NCBI GenBank assembly: GCA_000999095.1
Contig: LCFP01000012.1
Coordinates: 4,140-68,139, forward strand
From: Candidatus Gottesmanbacteria bacterium GW2011_GWA2_43_14
GTDB taxonomy: Bacteria > Patescibacteriota > Microgenomatia > 2-02-FULL-39-11
Length of the DNA stretch: 64,000 nt
Direction of reading: 5' to 3'
The notes beneath the pieces are model-generated. The model had not been told where the DNA came from, searched no databases, and was given only the letters and a program-made list of their open reading frames with translations. Positions 38,243 to 48,465 of this stretch are shown here, piece after piece (the first letter of the stretch is position 1; every line of letters starts with the position of its first letter). The translations under genes were made by a program, and so were the position numbers.

Positions 38243-39024
38243 AAAACTTAAGCCGTAAAAGACCGGAAAAACAATTAACCCAAATTCTGTCAAAACATTC
38301 CGGCAGGAACCAGACAGGTAAAGTTACCGTCCGTCATCAGGGCGGCCGGGAGAAAAGATATTACCGCCAGATTGATTTCAGGAGGGACAAATTCGGAGTC
38401 TTGGGAAAAGTGGTCGCATTTGAGTATGATCCAAACAGAAATGTAGATCTGGCTTTAATTCATTATGCAGACGGAGAGAAAAAATATATCCTATCACCCA
38501 TTGGCTTGGAATTGGGCCAGACTGTTATTTCCGGTTCGGAAGTCGAAGCTCATGTCGGAAATGCCATGCCCATGTCCCGCGTCCCGATCGGCATGGCAAT
38601 TCATAACGTTGAATTGCATCCGGGAAGAGGCGGACAGGTGGTTCGCGGAGCCGGAACAATGGCCACAATTCTGGCAAGGGAAGGCGGATTTGCCCATGTA
38701 AAACTTCCCTCAGGTGAAATCCGCAAAATAAGAGATAATGGATTGGCTACAATTGGACAGCTGGGCAACCAAACTTGGAAAGACACACAGATCGGCTCAG
38801 CCGGACGCGCCAGACATATGGGACAGCGTCCTAGTGTCAGGGGTACGGCAATGCATCCGGGCTCACATCCTCACGGAGGCGGCGAGGGCAGAAGTGGTGA
38901 AGGTCTGAAGAGTTCAAAAACACCCTGGGGCAAAGTTGCCAGGGGTATGATAACCAGAAAAAGGGGTAAATACTCGGATAAATACATCATTTCAAAAAGG
39001 AAGAAAAAAGGAAGGATTAAATAA
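38239..39024 (+). CDS. rplB: Ribosomal protein L2
   Basis: L2 family (GRNxxG, HPHGGGEG). Confidence 0.95.
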   Translation: MKNLSRKRPEKQLTQILSKHSGRNQTGKVTVRHQGGREKRYYRQIDFRRDKFGVLGKVVAFEYDPNRNVDLALIHYADGEKKYILSPIGLELGQTVISGSEVEAHVGNAMPMSRVPIGMAIHNVELHPGRGGQVVRGAGTMATILAREGGFAHVKLPSGEIRKIRDNGLATIGQLGNQTWKDTQIGSAGRARHMGQRPSVRGTAMHPGSHPHGGGEGRSGEGLKSSKTPWGKVARGMITRKRGKYSDKYIISKRKKKGRIK

Positions 39025-39027
39025 AAA

Positions 39028-39312
39028 ATGTCCAGATCAAGCAAAAAAGGTCCTTATATTGACGTTAAACTGTTAAAAAAGATTATGCTGCAGAAAAAAG
39101 GCGATGACCGTTCGCCCATTAAAACTTGGGCCCGCGGCAGCCAGATTTCTCCTGAATTTGTCGGACATAAATTTGCCGTCTACAATGGCCATAAATTTAT
39201 TGAATTTTATGTATCCGAGACTATGGTCGGTCACCGTCTGGGCGAGTTTTCACCCACGAGAACTTTCCGCGGACACGGTCAAGTTACCAAGAGAGTCCTG
39301 GAAAAAACTTAA
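39028..39312 (+). CDS. rpsS: Ribosomal protein S19
   Basis: S19 family. Confidence 0.9.
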   Translation: MSRSSKKGPYIDVKLLKKIMLQKKGDDRSPIKTWARGSQISPEFVGHKFAVYNGHKFIEFYVSETMVGHRLGEFSPTRTFRGHGQVTKRVLEKT

Positions 39313-39318
39313 AAATAT

Positions 39319-39723
39319 ATGGAAGCCACATCTTATACCAGGTATATCAGAATATCGCCGAAAAAGATCAAGTCGTTGGCCAAACTGACGGTCGGTTTGC
39401 CTGTTTCTGCAGCCCTTGACAGACTATCTCTGACTGCCGGCAAACCGGGACAGCTTTTAATAAAAGCTATTGCTTCAGCCAAAGCAAATGCCGTTAACAA
39501 TCTAAAACTCTCCGAAAAAAACCTGGTTATCAGGGAAGTATCAATAGAAAAAGGTCCTTTTTTCAAAAGATTCCAGCCGGTTGCCCGGGGAATGGCCCAT
39601 TCATATAAAAAAAGAACAAGCCATTTGAAAATCAGGGTAGCAGAGAAAGAAGTGAAGGAAGAAGTTAAAAAAGTTTCGGCCAAAGGCCGATTGTCCATTG
39701 GACAAAAAAAGAGGTCCGCCTAA
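39319..39723 (+). CDS. rplV: Ribosomal protein L22 (C-terminal tail ...VSAKGRLSIGQKKRSA)
   Basis: L22 family. Confidence 0.9.
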   Translation: MEATSYTRYIRISPKKIKSLAKLTVGLPVSAALDRLSLTAGKPGQLLIKAIASAKANAVNNLKLSEKNLVIREVSIEKGPFFKRFQPVARGMAHSYKKRTSHLKIRVAEKEVKEEVKKVSAKGRLSIGQKKRSA

Positions 39724-39724
39724 T

Positions 39725-40384
39725 ATGGGTAAGAAAGTCAATCCGATGGTTTTCCGTTTGGGAGTTATCAATACCTGGGATTCCCGCTGGTTTGCCGACA
39801 ATAAACAGTATAAATACTTTATCCTGGAAGACAGTTTCCTGAGGGATCTGTTTTTCAAGCGGATCAAAGGCGCAGGCTTAACAAAAGTGGAGATTGAAAG
39901 ATCGATCAACACTATCAGTATTACCATGCACGTTGTACGTCCGGGTTTGGTCATCGGTCGGGGGGGCCAAGGTATGGAAGAATTGAAGAAATTTGTTCAA
40001 AAAAGCATACTCAATTTCCGCACAAAATATAAGAAGACTTTGGACAAGAAAGATGCCCTGAAAATTGATTTGAAAGTGGAACCGGTCAAAGAGCCGAATC
40101 TGAATGCTCATTTTATGGCCACCCAGATTTCCGAACAGCTTCAGAAAAGACTGCCGCACAAAAGGGTTGTCAATTTTGCCCTGGAAAAGATGATGAACAG
40201 CGGCGCCAGGGGGGCAAAAATACTTTTGGCAGGCAGGATAGCCGGAGCTGAAATTGCCAGGCGGGAAACCTACAAGAAAGGCACTATACCGCTGTCAACC
40301 ATCAGGGAGAATATTGATTATGCTTCGGTACCGTCTTTGACGAAATCAGGTTATATAGGCATTAAAGTCTGGATCTGCCGTTAA
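39725..40384 (+). CDS. rpsC: Ribosomal protein S3
   Basis: MGKKVNPMVFRLG... KH domain. Confidence 0.9.
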   Translation: MGKKVNPMVFRLGVINTWDSRWFADNKQYKYFILEDSFLRDLFFKRIKGAGLTKVEIERSINTISITMHVVRPGLVIGRGGQGMEELKKFVQKSILNFRTKYKKTLDKKDALKIDLKVEPVKEPNLNAHFMATQISEQLQKRLPHKRVVNFALEKMMNSGARGAKILLAGRIAGAEIARRETYKKGTIPLSTIRENIDYASVPSLTKSGYIGIKVWICR

Positions 40385-40403
40385 TTAGTAATTCTAAATT
40401 ATT

Positions 40404-40811
40404 ATGCTGACACCAAAAAGAACCAAACACCGCAAGCAGTTCAGGGGAAAAATGAGAGGCATGGACAAGCGCGGCTCGGTAATAATTTTCGGAAAATTCG
40501 GCCTTAAAGCCCAATCAGCCGGTTGGATATCTTCAAAGCAGATTGAGGCAGGTCGCAGAGTCTTGACCCGCTATACACAAAAAGGCGGCCGGGTCTGGAT
40601 CAGAATTTTCCCTGACAAGCCGATTACCGACAAGCCGCCAGAAGTCAGGATGGGCGGCGGTAAAGGGGATGTAGTAGAATATGCAGTCACCGTCAGACCG
40701 GGCAGAATCCTTTATGAAATGAGCGGTGTGACGGCCGAATCAGCCAAAGAGGCGATGAAGACTGCCGGCGGCAAGATGCCGGTCAGAACAAAATTTATTG
40801 TCAAAACCTGA
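40404..40811 (+). CDS. rplP: Ribosomal protein L16
   Basis: L16 family. Confidence 0.9.
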   Translation: MLTPKRTKHRKQFRGKMRGMDKRGSVIIFGKFGLKAQSAGWISSKQIEAGRRVLTRYTQKGGRVWIRIFPDKPITDKPPEVRMGGGKGDVVEYAVTVRPGRILYEMSGVTAESAKEAMKTAGGKMPVRTKFIVKT

Positions 40812-41019
40812 TATGAAAAGAACTCAAATCAAAGAATTGGCCAATAAAACTCTCAAAACCCTTGGAAAGGAAGTGGCGGATTTACAGTCTCAATTCAAAA
40901 AAAAGACAGTTGAAGCCTCAACGGGTAAAATAAAAAATGTCAGCTGGAAGCGTGATATGAAAAAAGATATTGCACGTCTAAAAACCGTTATCAGAATGAA
41001 GGAGATGGCAGACAAATGA
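40798..41019 (+). CDS. rpmC: Ribosomal protein L29
   Basis: L29 family. Confidence 0.85.
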   Translation: MSKPDMKRTQIKELANKTLKTLGKEVADLQSQFKKKTVEASTGKIKNVSWKRDMKKDIARLKTVIRMKEMADK

Positions 41020-41243
41020 AAATTCAAAGTGGCAAAGTGGTATCTATAAAAATGTCAAAAACCCTGGTGGTGGAAGTGGTCAGGCAGTCAATACACCCTT
41101 TGTATAAAAAAATACTGAGAAAAAGCAAAAAGTACCATGTCCACAATGAGGATCCGGGGATAAAATTAGGGGACATGGTCACCATTGTTAAAACCAGGCC
41201 ATTATCGAAAACTAAGCATTATAAAGTAGGGGAGAAATTATGA
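41016..41243 (+). CDS. rpsQ: Ribosomal protein S17
   Basis: S17 family. Confidence 0.9.
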   Translation: MKIQSGKVVSIKMSKTLVVEVVRQSIHPLYKKILRKSKKYHVHNEDPGIKLGDMVTIVKTRPLSKTKHYKVGEKL

Positions 41244-41614
41244 TCCAATTAAGATCGATTCTCAATGTAGCTGATAATACCGGTGCCCAAAGGCTGTCGG
41301 TAATCCAGGTTTACGGCCATGGCAACCGGATGAAAGCCTATGCCGGAGAAATTGTCACCTGCGTTGTTAAAAAAGCCGCAGCGGAAGGCATAGTCAAAAA
41401 TCATGAGATGGTTAAAGCAGTGATTGTCAGGACACGCAAGGAAACCAGGCGGAAAGACGGCTCCTATATCCGTTTTGACGATAATGCCGCGGTTATTATT
41501 GACAATCCCAAGGATAAAAATCCCAAAGGAACCAGGATTTTCGGCCCCGTTATCCGGGAGCTGAAGGAATTGGGATTTAATAAAATTGTTTCCATGGCTA
41601 CAGAGGTTTATTAA
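41240..41614 (+). CDS. rplN: Ribosomal protein L14
   Basis: L14 family. Confidence 0.9.
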   Translation: MIQLRSILNVADNTGAQRLSVIQVYGHGNRMKAYAGEIVTCVVKKAAAEGIVKNHEMVKAVIVRTRKETRRKDGSYIRFDDNAAVIIDNPKDKNPKGTRIFGPVIRELKELGFNKIVSMATEVY

Positions 41615-41615
41615 T

Positions 41616-41954
41616 ATGATGAAATTTAAAAAAGGCGATGAAGTACTGATTACTGCCGGCAAGGATAAAGGCAAGAAAGGCAAAATTGAAAGAATTTATG
41701 CTTCTTCATCCACAGCCCTTATACCGGGCCTGAATCTTTTTAAAAGGCATCTTAAAAAAAAGGATGAAAAAAATCCGGGAGGCATCATCGAGTTTCCCAG
41801 AGCTCTTTCTTTCGGCAAATTGGCACTGATCTGTTCAAAATGCGGCAAACCCACCAGAGCCGGTTTTAAGATCGATAAAAAAGTATCGGACAAAGGCCGA
41901 TTGTCCTTTGGGCAAAAAAAAAGAATCTGCCGTAAATGCGGCGGACTCTTATAA
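41616..41954 (+). CDS. rplX: Ribosomal protein L24 with a C-terminal Cys4 (zinc-ribbon-like) extension
   Basis: MMKFKKGDEV KOW motif. The tail reads CSKCGKPTRAGFKIDKKVSDKGRLSFGQKKRICRKCGG. Confidence 0.85.
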   Translation: MMKFKKGDEVLITAGKDKGKKGKIERIYASSSTALIPGLNLFKRHLKKKDEKNPGGIIEFPRALSFGKLALICSKCGKPTRAGFKIDKKVSDKGRLSFGQKKRICRKCGGLL

Positions 41955-41966
41955 ACCATTAATTAT

Positions 41967-42512
41967 ATGTCACAATATTACACTGATTATTTAAAGGAAG
42001 GCAGACAGAAATTGGCCAAGGAATTGAAAATAGCCAATATTATGGCTGTGCCCCGATTGAAGAAAGTGGTTATCAATGTCAGTTTGGGTGAAGCTCTGGC
42101 AAACAAAAAAGCAGTGGAAACGACAATGGAACATATAGGTCTTATTACCGGGCAGAAACCGGTCCCAACCCGGGCCAGGAAAGACATCTCAACTTTTAAA
42201 TTGAGAAAAGGTGAAATCGTCGGTATAAAGGTGACTTTAAGAGCGGGAAAAATGTATGATTTTGTGGAAAAACTGGTCAAAATAGTTCTTCCCAGAATCA
42301 GGGATTTCAGGGGTATTCCTTTAAGCGGTTTCGACAGCCGGGGAAATTATACTTTAGGCCTTTCCGAACAGATTGTTTTTCCGGAAATCGATGCTTCCAA
42401 AATCGATAAAGTCCGGGGGCTGGAGGTTACCCTGGTTACTGACTCAAGTGAAAAAGAGAGTAAAAAGCTGATGGAGTATTTGGGCTTCCCTTTTGTCAAA
42501 ATTAAGCAATGA
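41967..42512 (+). CDS. rplE: Ribosomal protein L5
   Basis: L5 family. Confidence 0.9.
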   Translation: MSQYYTDYLKEGRQKLAKELKIANIMAVPRLKKVVINVSLGEALANKKAVETTMEHIGLITGQKPVPTRARKDISTFKLRKGEIVGIKVTLRAGKMYDFVEKLVKIVLPRIRDFRGIPLSGFDSRGNYTLGLSEQIVFPEIDASKIDKVRGLEVTLVTDSSEKESKKLMEYLGFPFVKIKQ

Positions 42513-42543
42513 AATTTCATGATATAATCAGACACTTGTAAAT

Positions 42544-42729
42544 ATGGCTAAACAATCAGATATAATCAAATTCCAAAAAAAGCAGAAATTCGAAGTAAGG
42601 CAACGTAACCGCTGCCAGCTTTGCGGCAGAGCCCGCGGGTATATGCGGCGTTTCGGTCTTTGCCGTTTGTGTTTCCGGGAAAAAGCCCAAAAAGGCCAAC
42701 TGCCCGGCGTCATCAAATCCAGTTGGTAA
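42544..42729 (+). CDS. rpsZ: Ribosomal protein S14, type Z (zinc-binding)
   Basis: 61 aa with [23 protein letters not shown]. Confidence 0.9.
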   Translation: MAKQSDIIKFQKKQKFEVRQRNRCQLCGRARGYMRRFGLCRLCFREKAQKGQLPGVIKSSW

Positions 42730-42735
42730 AAAATT

Positions 42736-43128
42736 ATGACACATGATCCCATTTCCGATTTTTTCGCCAGAATTAAAAACGCTTATATGGCCCGACGGGA
42801 CGAAACCGAGGCGCCTTATTCGAAAATGATTCTGTCTTTGGCGGAAATTCTGAAAAACCAGGGTTATCTGGGAAAAGTCGAAATTCAGGAGGAAAAACAC
42901 CATAAAAAACTGCTTATGAGCCTGCTTTACCAGGACAAGGAACCGAAATTGACCGATGTGGTTATGGTCAGCCGTCCCGGTAAAAGGGTCTATGTCAAAA
43001 GAAACGAACTGCCGAAAGTGCTCAGCGGTTTTGGAATGGCCATCATATCCACACCCGAGGGTCTGATGACCGACAAGTCTGCCAGAAAAAAAGGCATAGG
43101 CGGAGAGTTAATTTGTAAACTGTGGTAA
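42736..43128 (+). CDS. rpsH: Ribosomal protein S8
   Basis: S8 family. Confidence 0.9.
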   Translation: MTHDPISDFFARIKNAYMARRDETEAPYSKMILSLAEILKNQGYLGKVEIQEEKHHKKLLMSLLYQDKEPKLTDVVMVSRPGKRVYVKRNELPKVLSGFGMAIISTPEGLMTDKSARKKGIGGELICKLW

Positions 43129-43688
43129 AAAAAATGGCAAAATTAAGACAAAAACCCATTACATTTGAAAGCGATACCCGTGTCAGCCTCAATCAGGGCA
43201 GAATCAAAGTGTCCGGACCCAAGGGCGATATGGAAATCGAATTGCCATCGGTTGTTAAAGCGCAGGTGGCACAAAATGAAGTCACGCTTGCGGCTGCCAG
43301 CGTCAAAGACAATCCGATGGTAGGGCTTTATAATTCACTGATCAGAAATGCGATCACAGGCGTCAAAAGCGGTTGGCAGAAGACTCTGGAGCTGGTCGGT
43401 GTCGGCTTCCGGGCTCAAGTCGACGGAGGCAATTTGACTTTAAATGTGGGTTTTTCCCATCAGGTAAAAATTAACGCCCCACAGGGTATCTCTTTCGAAG
43501 TCAAAGACAATAAAATTACAGTTTCCGGCATCAACAAGTATGAGGTCGGGGAAGTGGCGGCAAATGTGCGCCGCGTCAAACCGCCGGAACCTTATAAAGG
43601 TAAAGGTATCCGTTATCTCAACGAAGTAGTCAGAAAGAAATTGGGTAAGGCCGCCAAAGCCATAGGAGGTGCTCCCGGAGCAAAATAA
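43122..43688 (+). CDS. rplF: Ribosomal protein L6 (the true start may be the ATG at 43134)
   Basis: L6 family. Confidence 0.9.
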   Translation: MVKKMAKLRQKPITFESDTRVSLNQGRIKVSGPKGDMEIELPSVVKAQVAQNEVTLAAASVKDNPMVGLYNSLIRNAITGVKSGWQKTLELVGVGFRAQVDGGNLTLNVGFSHQVKINAPQGISFEVKDNKITVSGINKYEVGEVAANVRRVKPPEPYKGKGIRYLNEVVRKKLGKAAKAIGGAPGAK

Positions 43689-43691
43689 AAC

Positions 43692-44048
43692 ATGAACAGG
43701 AAAATTTTATTAGCGCGAAAAAATAAGTCCAAATCCATTGTGCAAAAGGGTAAACGCGGTACAGCCGAACGTCCCAGACTGTCCGTTTTCCGTTCCAACC
43801 GCTACATTTATGCCCAGCTGGTAGACGATATGAAAGGCAGGACTTTGATATCAGCCAGCGAGAAAGAACTGAAAGCCAAAGCTGAAACAAATAAAAGCGT
43901 TAAGGCCAAACTATTGGGAGAACTATTAGCAGAAAAGTCGCTTAAAAAAAAGATAAACAGGGCGATTTTCGACCGCAGGGGTTATCAATATCACGGCCGG
44001 GTAAAACAGTTGGCCGAAGGAGCAAGGAGCAAAGGCCTTGAGATCTAA
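43692..44048 (+). CDS. rplR: Ribosomal protein L18
   Basis: L18 family. Confidence 0.9.
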   Translation: MNRKILLARKNKSKSIVQKGKRGTAERPRLSVFRSNRYIYAQLVDDMKGRTLISASEKELKAKAETNKSVKAKLLGELLAEKSLKKKINRAIFDRRGYQYHGRVKQLAEGARSKGLEI

Positions 44049-44049
44049 C

Positions 44050-44490
44050 ATGGATGATGAATTTTCGGAAAAAGTCGTTCAGGTAAACCGTGTTTCCAAA
44101 AAAACAACCGGCGGCAACAAGATCGGCTTTTCCATTCTGGTGGTAGTCGGAGACAGGAAAGGCAAAGTCGGTGTCGGATTGGGCAAAGCGGCTGATGTGG
44201 CCTCGGCTGTAAGAAAAGGTTCCTCCTATGCCAGGAAACATATGGTCAAAATTCCCCTGGTAAATACCACTATACCCCACGAAATCAGAATGAAATTGGG
44301 TGCGGCCAGGATTCTCTTAAAACCGGCCCCTCCGGGCACCGGCATCAGGGCGGGCGGCAGCGTCAGGGCAGTTGTTGAGGCGGCCGGAATAAAGGATATC
44401 GTTTCCAAAATTCTAGGTACGGACAACAAGGCGTCCAATGTTTACGCCACCTTTGCCGCACTGCAAAAGTTGAAAGAAAGGCGTCTATGA
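44050..44490 (+). CDS. rpsE: Ribosomal protein S5
   Basis: S5 family (VNRVSKKTTGG). No L30 gene follows: rplO overlaps the rpsE stop. Confidence 0.9.
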   Translation: MDDEFSEKVVQVNRVSKKTTGGNKIGFSILVVVGDRKGKVGVGLGKAADVASAVRKGSSYARKHMVKIPLVNTTIPHEIRMKLGAARILLKPAPPGTGIRAGGSVRAVVEAAGIKDIVSKILGTDNKASNVYATFAALQKLKERRL

Positions 44491-44927
44491 TAGATTTGAA
44501 GAATTTACCCAGGCAGACAGACAGAGCAGCCAAACGCTTAGGCCGGGGCCACGGCAGCGGCAGGGGCAAAACAGCCGGCCGGGGTACCAAAGGCCAGAAG
44601 GCCAGAGGCAATATACCCGTCAGGATAAAAGAAGGCGGTATATCCTTTGTCAAAAGACTGCCGTTATTACGCGGACGGGGCAGAAACAAAAGCATCCGTT
44701 CCAAGCCGTTTGTCATTAATCTTAAAAATTTGACTGATGTCCCGAAAAATTCGGTCATTGACCTGAATTTTTTAATCCAGCGTAAAATGGTAAAAAAGGA
44801 TGTTGCCGAAAGTTACGGCATCAAGCTTTTAGGTGATGGTGATATAAAAATACCGTTAACCGTCAAAATTGCCTGCTCAGGCTCTGCCAAAAAGAAAATC
44901 GAAAAAGCGGGCGGCAAAGTAGAATGA
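44487..44927 (+). CDS. rplO: Ribosomal protein L15
   Basis: L15 family ([15 protein letters not shown]). Confidence 0.9.
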   Translation: MIDLKNLPRQTDRAAKRLGRGHGSGRGKTAGRGTKGQKARGNIPVRIKEGGISFVKRLPLLRGRGRNKSIRSKPFVINLKNLTDVPKNSVIDLNFLIQRKMVKKDVAESYGIKLLGDGDIKIPLTVKIACSGSAKKKIEKAGGKVE

Positions 44928-46210
44928 ACAAATATTTAAGATCTATCTCACTGGCTTTTAAAACCCCGGAACTCCGCCGCAAAATAATCTTTACCGCAGT
45001 CATCTTTCTCGTCTTCAGGATATTCGCCCACGTTCCGGTACCGGGAGTCAATCTGGTAAAACTCAGGGCTCTTTTTTCGCAGAGCGAATTTTTAGGACTT
45101 TTGGATATCTTTTCCGGAGGCACCCTGGCCAACTTTTCAGTCATGGCCATAGGTTTAAATCCTTATATCAATGCTTCTATTATCCTGCAGCTTCTGACTA
45201 TTGTCTTTCCCAAACTTGAGGAGTTGCAGAAGGAAGGCGAAGCCGGCAGGGAGAAAATTAACCAGTATACCCGTTTTCTGGCAGTGCCATTGGCAACTAT
45301 GCAGTCATTGGGCATGTACGCCCTTTTGCGGAATCAGGGGATAATTGAGAATCTTTCCCCTTTGACTTTAATGTCTTTGGTGGCGACCATGACCGCCGGC
45401 ACGGTAATTCTGATGTGGCTCGGCGAACTTATATCCGAATTCGGCATCGGCAACGGCATATCACTCCTTATCTTTGCCGGCATAGTCGGGCGGATGCCCG
45501 TCTTTTTAGGGCAGACTTTTTCACTGGTATCCCAGGAAATGATCATTAATCTTTTGATATTCGTGGCTTTGGGATTTGCCGTTGTGGCCGGAATCGTTTT
45601 TATAAATGAAGCGGTCAGGCAGGTGCCGGTCAATTATGCCAAAAGGATTAGGGGCAACCGTCTGTACGGAGGCCAGACCACCTATCTGCCGCTCCGACTA
45701 AACCAGGCAGGCGTCATTCCCATCATCTTTGCCGTCTCGATCGTTTTAATCCCCCAGCTTCTGGGCCGTTTCCTGTCGCAAATACCCAATCCGGCCCTGT
45801 CGAAAGCAGCCAGCTCTTTGGCTGCTGTTTTTTCGGCACAGGGAATCGTCTACAACCTCGTTTATTTCCTCCTGGTAATCGGTTTTACCTATTTTTATAC
45901 GGCTATAACTTTCAATCCCCAGAAAATTGCCGGTGAAATCCAGAAATACGGCGGCTTCATCCCGGGAATTAGGCCGGGAGCTCCGACTGCCAACTATTTA
46001 AATTATATTCTTACCAGGATTACCCTGGCTGGTGCTTTATTTTTGGGTTTAATCGCCATACTGCCCTCTCTTGCACGTCTGGCGACAGGTATTTCCTACC
46101 TGACGATCGGAGGTACCAGTATCCTGATCGTTGTTTCCGTTGTTTTGGAAACGGTTAAACAGATTGAGTCCCAACTGGTCATGCGCAATTATGAGGGCTT
46201 CCTGAAATAA
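44924..46210 (+). CDS. secY: Preprotein translocase SecY
   Basis: 10 TM helices. SecY family. Confidence 0.95.
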   Translation: MNKYLRSISLAFKTPELRRKIIFTAVIFLVFRIFAHVPVPGVNLVKLRALFSQSEFLGLLDIFSGGTLANFSVMAIGLNPYINASIILQLLTIVFPKLEELQKEGEAGREKINQYTRFLAVPLATMQSLGMYALLRNQGIIENLSPLTLMSLVATMTAGTVILMWLGELISEFGIGNGISLLIFAGIVGRMPVFLGQTFSLVSQEMIINLLIFVALGFAVVAGIVFINEAVRQVPVNYAKRIRGNRLYGGQTTYLPLRLNQAGVIPIIFAVSIVLIPQLLGRFLSQIPNPALSKAASSLAAVFSAQGIVYNLVYFLLVIGFTYFYTAITFNPQKIAGEIQKYGGFIPGIRPGAPTANYLNYILTRITLAGALFLGLIAILPSLARLATGISYLTIGGTSILIVVSVVLETVKQIESQLVMRNYEGFLK

Positions 46211-46215
46211 CTTTT

Positions 46216-46800
46216 ATGCACCTCATCATCTACGGTCCGGAAGGATCAGGCAAAGGCACTCAGGCAAAACTCTTAAGCGAACATTACCGTTTACCCATCA
46301 TTACTTCCGGCGATTTAGTCAGGGAAATGGCTGAAAGAGATCAAAGTGATATTGGAAATGCTTGCCGTCAGGCTTTGAAAACGGGCACGTATGTTTCCGA
46401 TAACGTCATGTTTGAAATCTGGCGCCAGAAACTTTCCTCACCCGAATCCCGGAAAGGCTTTATACTTGACGGATTTCCCAGGAATGTGTACCAGGCCGAT
46501 TTCCTGCTGGATCAGGTCAAAAAAAACGGTTACGGTATCGACCGGGCGGTCTATATCAGATTAAGCGATGAAGAAGCCCACAGAAGGCTGACCAAGAGGA
46601 GCCGTAAATTATTTGAGGGCAGTTCGGAACTTCACGACAGTCCGGAAAGAATCTCCCATCGCCTGCAAACTTACCGGGCTAAGGAACAGGGGACTTTGGA
46701 TTTTTTCCGGAAAAAGAATCTGCTTTTAGATGTTAACGGTGAAAAAGAGATAGAAAAGGTATTTAAGGATATCATTGCCGGATTGGAACCCGGGAGTTGA
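46216..46800 (+). CDS. adk: Adenylate kinase
   Basis: GPEGSGKGTQA. Short form without the zinc LID. Confidence 0.85.
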   Translation: MHLIIYGPEGSGKGTQAKLLSEHYRLPIITSGDLVREMAERDQSDIGNACRQALKTGTYVSDNVMFEIWRQKLSSPESRKGFILDGFPRNVYQADFLLDQVKKNGYGIDRAVYIRLSDEEAHRRLTKRSRKLFEGSSELHDSPERISHRLQTYRAKEQGTLDFFRKKNLLLDVNGEKEIEKVFKDIIAGLEPGS

Positions 46801-46804
46801 CCAA

Positions 46805-47362
46805 ATGGCGAAAAAAGTCGTTTTACTGATCGCCGGCTTGTGCGGGTCAGGCAAAACAACAGCCGCCCGCATTTTCCGTTTACAAGGCATACCCGTAGTC
46901 AGAATGGGAGACGCGACCGACCGGTTTTTGAATTCGAAGAGCAAAAAAATAAATGAAACCAATGAACGCAGGGCAAGAAGGGAATTAAGGGAAAAATTCG
47001 GGCAGGATTACTACGCCAGGGAGTCTCTGCCTAAAATTAAAAAAGAACTGGCAGGCCGGAAATTGTTGGCCCTGGAAGGCTTGAGAAGCGAAGAGGAGAG
47101 GCTGGTTTTTTCAGGGGAATTTGTTGATTGCCGCCTGCTTTACTTGGAATCGTCCAGAAAGTTGCGCATAAAAAGGCTGGTAATGAGGAAAAACCGGCCG
47201 TTAAAAAAAGAGCAGATTATTCTGCGGGAAAGATATGAAAGGGAATCCTTAGGTACCCACAGGCTGAAAAAAAAGGCGGATTACCTGGTAAAAAATGACG
47301 GAAGGTTGGAAAGTTTCCATGAGAAAATCAGGCAAATCATCGAAAGACTTAAAAATGATTGA
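46805..47362 (+). CDS. P-loop nucleotide kinase-like protein (possibly dephospho-CoA kinase / NMP kinase family)
   Basis: MAKKVVLLIAGLCGSGKTT Walker A. An extra gene between adk and map. Confidence 0.45.
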   Translation: MAKKVVLLIAGLCGSGKTTAARIFRLQGIPVVRMGDATDRFLNSKSKKINETNERRARRELREKFGQDYYARESLPKIKKELAGRKLLALEGLRSEEERLVFSGEFVDCRLLYLESSRKLRIKRLVMRKNRPLKKEQIILRERYERESLGTHRLKKKADYLVKNDGRLESFHEKIRQIIERLKND

Positions 47363-48158
47363 TTATAAAAAAGACAATGAGATAAAAATCATGCAGGAGG
47401 GGGGACTTATCCTGACGGAAATCATGAATCTGTTGTTGGACCGCGCCCGTGTCGGCGTCAGCATGATTGAGCTGGACCGTCTGGCCGAAAAGGAAATTAT
47501 TCAAAGGGGAGGTGAGCCCTCCTTCAAAAAAGTGCCCGGCTATAAATGGAGTATTTGCGCCTGTGTCAACGAAGTGGTCGTTCACGGCATTCCTGACAAT
47601 TATCAGATCAAAGCCGGTGATGCAGTCGGAATTGACTGCGGAGTCTATTACAATGGTTTTCATACGGATGCTTCCTGGACAGTCAGGGTAGGCAGTGGCA
47701 GTCAGGATGGAGCGTTGGACCGCTTTTTGGCCTCAGGCCGGAAAGCTTTGACCTCCGCATTAAAGGAGGTAGTTCCCGGAAATTATATTTATGATGTTTC
47801 CAAAGCCATCCAGACAGAGGTAGAGAGCGCAGGCTACAGCGTGGTAAAAAGCCTGATAGGTCACGGTGTCGGACGCTCCTTACATGAGGAACCGGAAATA
47901 CCGGGTTTTACCCGCGGCCAACGGGAAGATACAGTCATGATAAAGCCGGGCTTGGTGGCAGCCGTTGAGGTGATTTATAATATGGGTGGTGCTGACGTTG
48001 TTTATAAGGGAAATGACGGATGGACAATCAAAACCAAAGATGATAAAATATCTGGACTTTTCGAAGCCACCGTGGGGGTATCGAACCACGGTGTTCTTCT
48101 TTTGACGAAAATAAATGGCACATCAGGGAACAATAGAGAAAATAGGCCAGGTAATTGA
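47355..48158 (+). CDS. map: Methionine aminopeptidase type I
   Basis: Pita-bread fold metal ligands (D..D..H..E..E). Confidence 0.85.
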   Translation: MIDYKKDNEIKIMQEGGLILTEIMNLLLDRARVGVSMIELDRLAEKEIIQRGGEPSFKKVPGYKWSICACVNEVVVHGIPDNYQIKAGDAVGIDCGVYYNGFHTDASWTVRVGSGSQDGALDRFLASGRKALTSALKEVVPGNYIYDVSKAIQTEVESAGYSVVKSLIGHGVGRSLHEEPEIPGFTRGQREDTVMIKPGLVAAVEVIYNMGGADVVYKGNDGWTIKTKDDKISGLFEATVGVSNHGVLLLTKINGTSGNNRENRPGN

Positions 48159-48333
48159 GGCATTACCCAATACTCTGTTCCGGGTCAAATTGGACGACGG
48201 CAAAGTAATACTTTGCCATCTGTCGGGAAAAATGAGGATTCATTATATTAAAATTCTGCCCGGGGACATGGTCAGGGTTGAGACAACAGCCTATGATCTA
48301 ACCAAAGGCAGAATTACTTACAGAATGAAATGA
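48115..48333 (+). CDS. infA: Translation initiation factor IF-1
   Basis: [26 protein letters not shown]1-like. Confidence 0.9.
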   Translation: MAHQGTIEKIGQVIEALPNTLFRVKLDDGKVILCHLSGKMRIHYIKILPGDMVRVETTAYDLTKGRITYRMK

Positions 48334-48345
48334 GGCGTATAGAAA

Positions 48346-48459
48346 ATGAAAGTACAGTCATCAGTACAAAAAAGATGTAAAAAATGTAAAGTGGTTGTCC
48401 GGCGGGGAAAAGTCTATATTACTTGCGGGAATCCGAAGCACAAACAGCGTCAAGGATAA
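48346..48459 (+). CDS. rpmJ: Ribosomal protein L36
   Basis: [37 protein letters not shown] (C..C..C..H zinc ribbon). Too short for the ORF track. Confidence 0.85.
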   Translation: MKVQSSVQKRCKKCKVVVRRGKVYITCGNPKHKQRQG

Positions 48460-48465
48460 AATAAT

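Noticed and set aside
48115-48158. 44-nt overlap of the map 3' end with the infA start as a frameshift or fusion
   Set aside because: Both genes have intact starts and stops in different frames. A stop lies directly before the infA ATG, so a plain overlap suffices.
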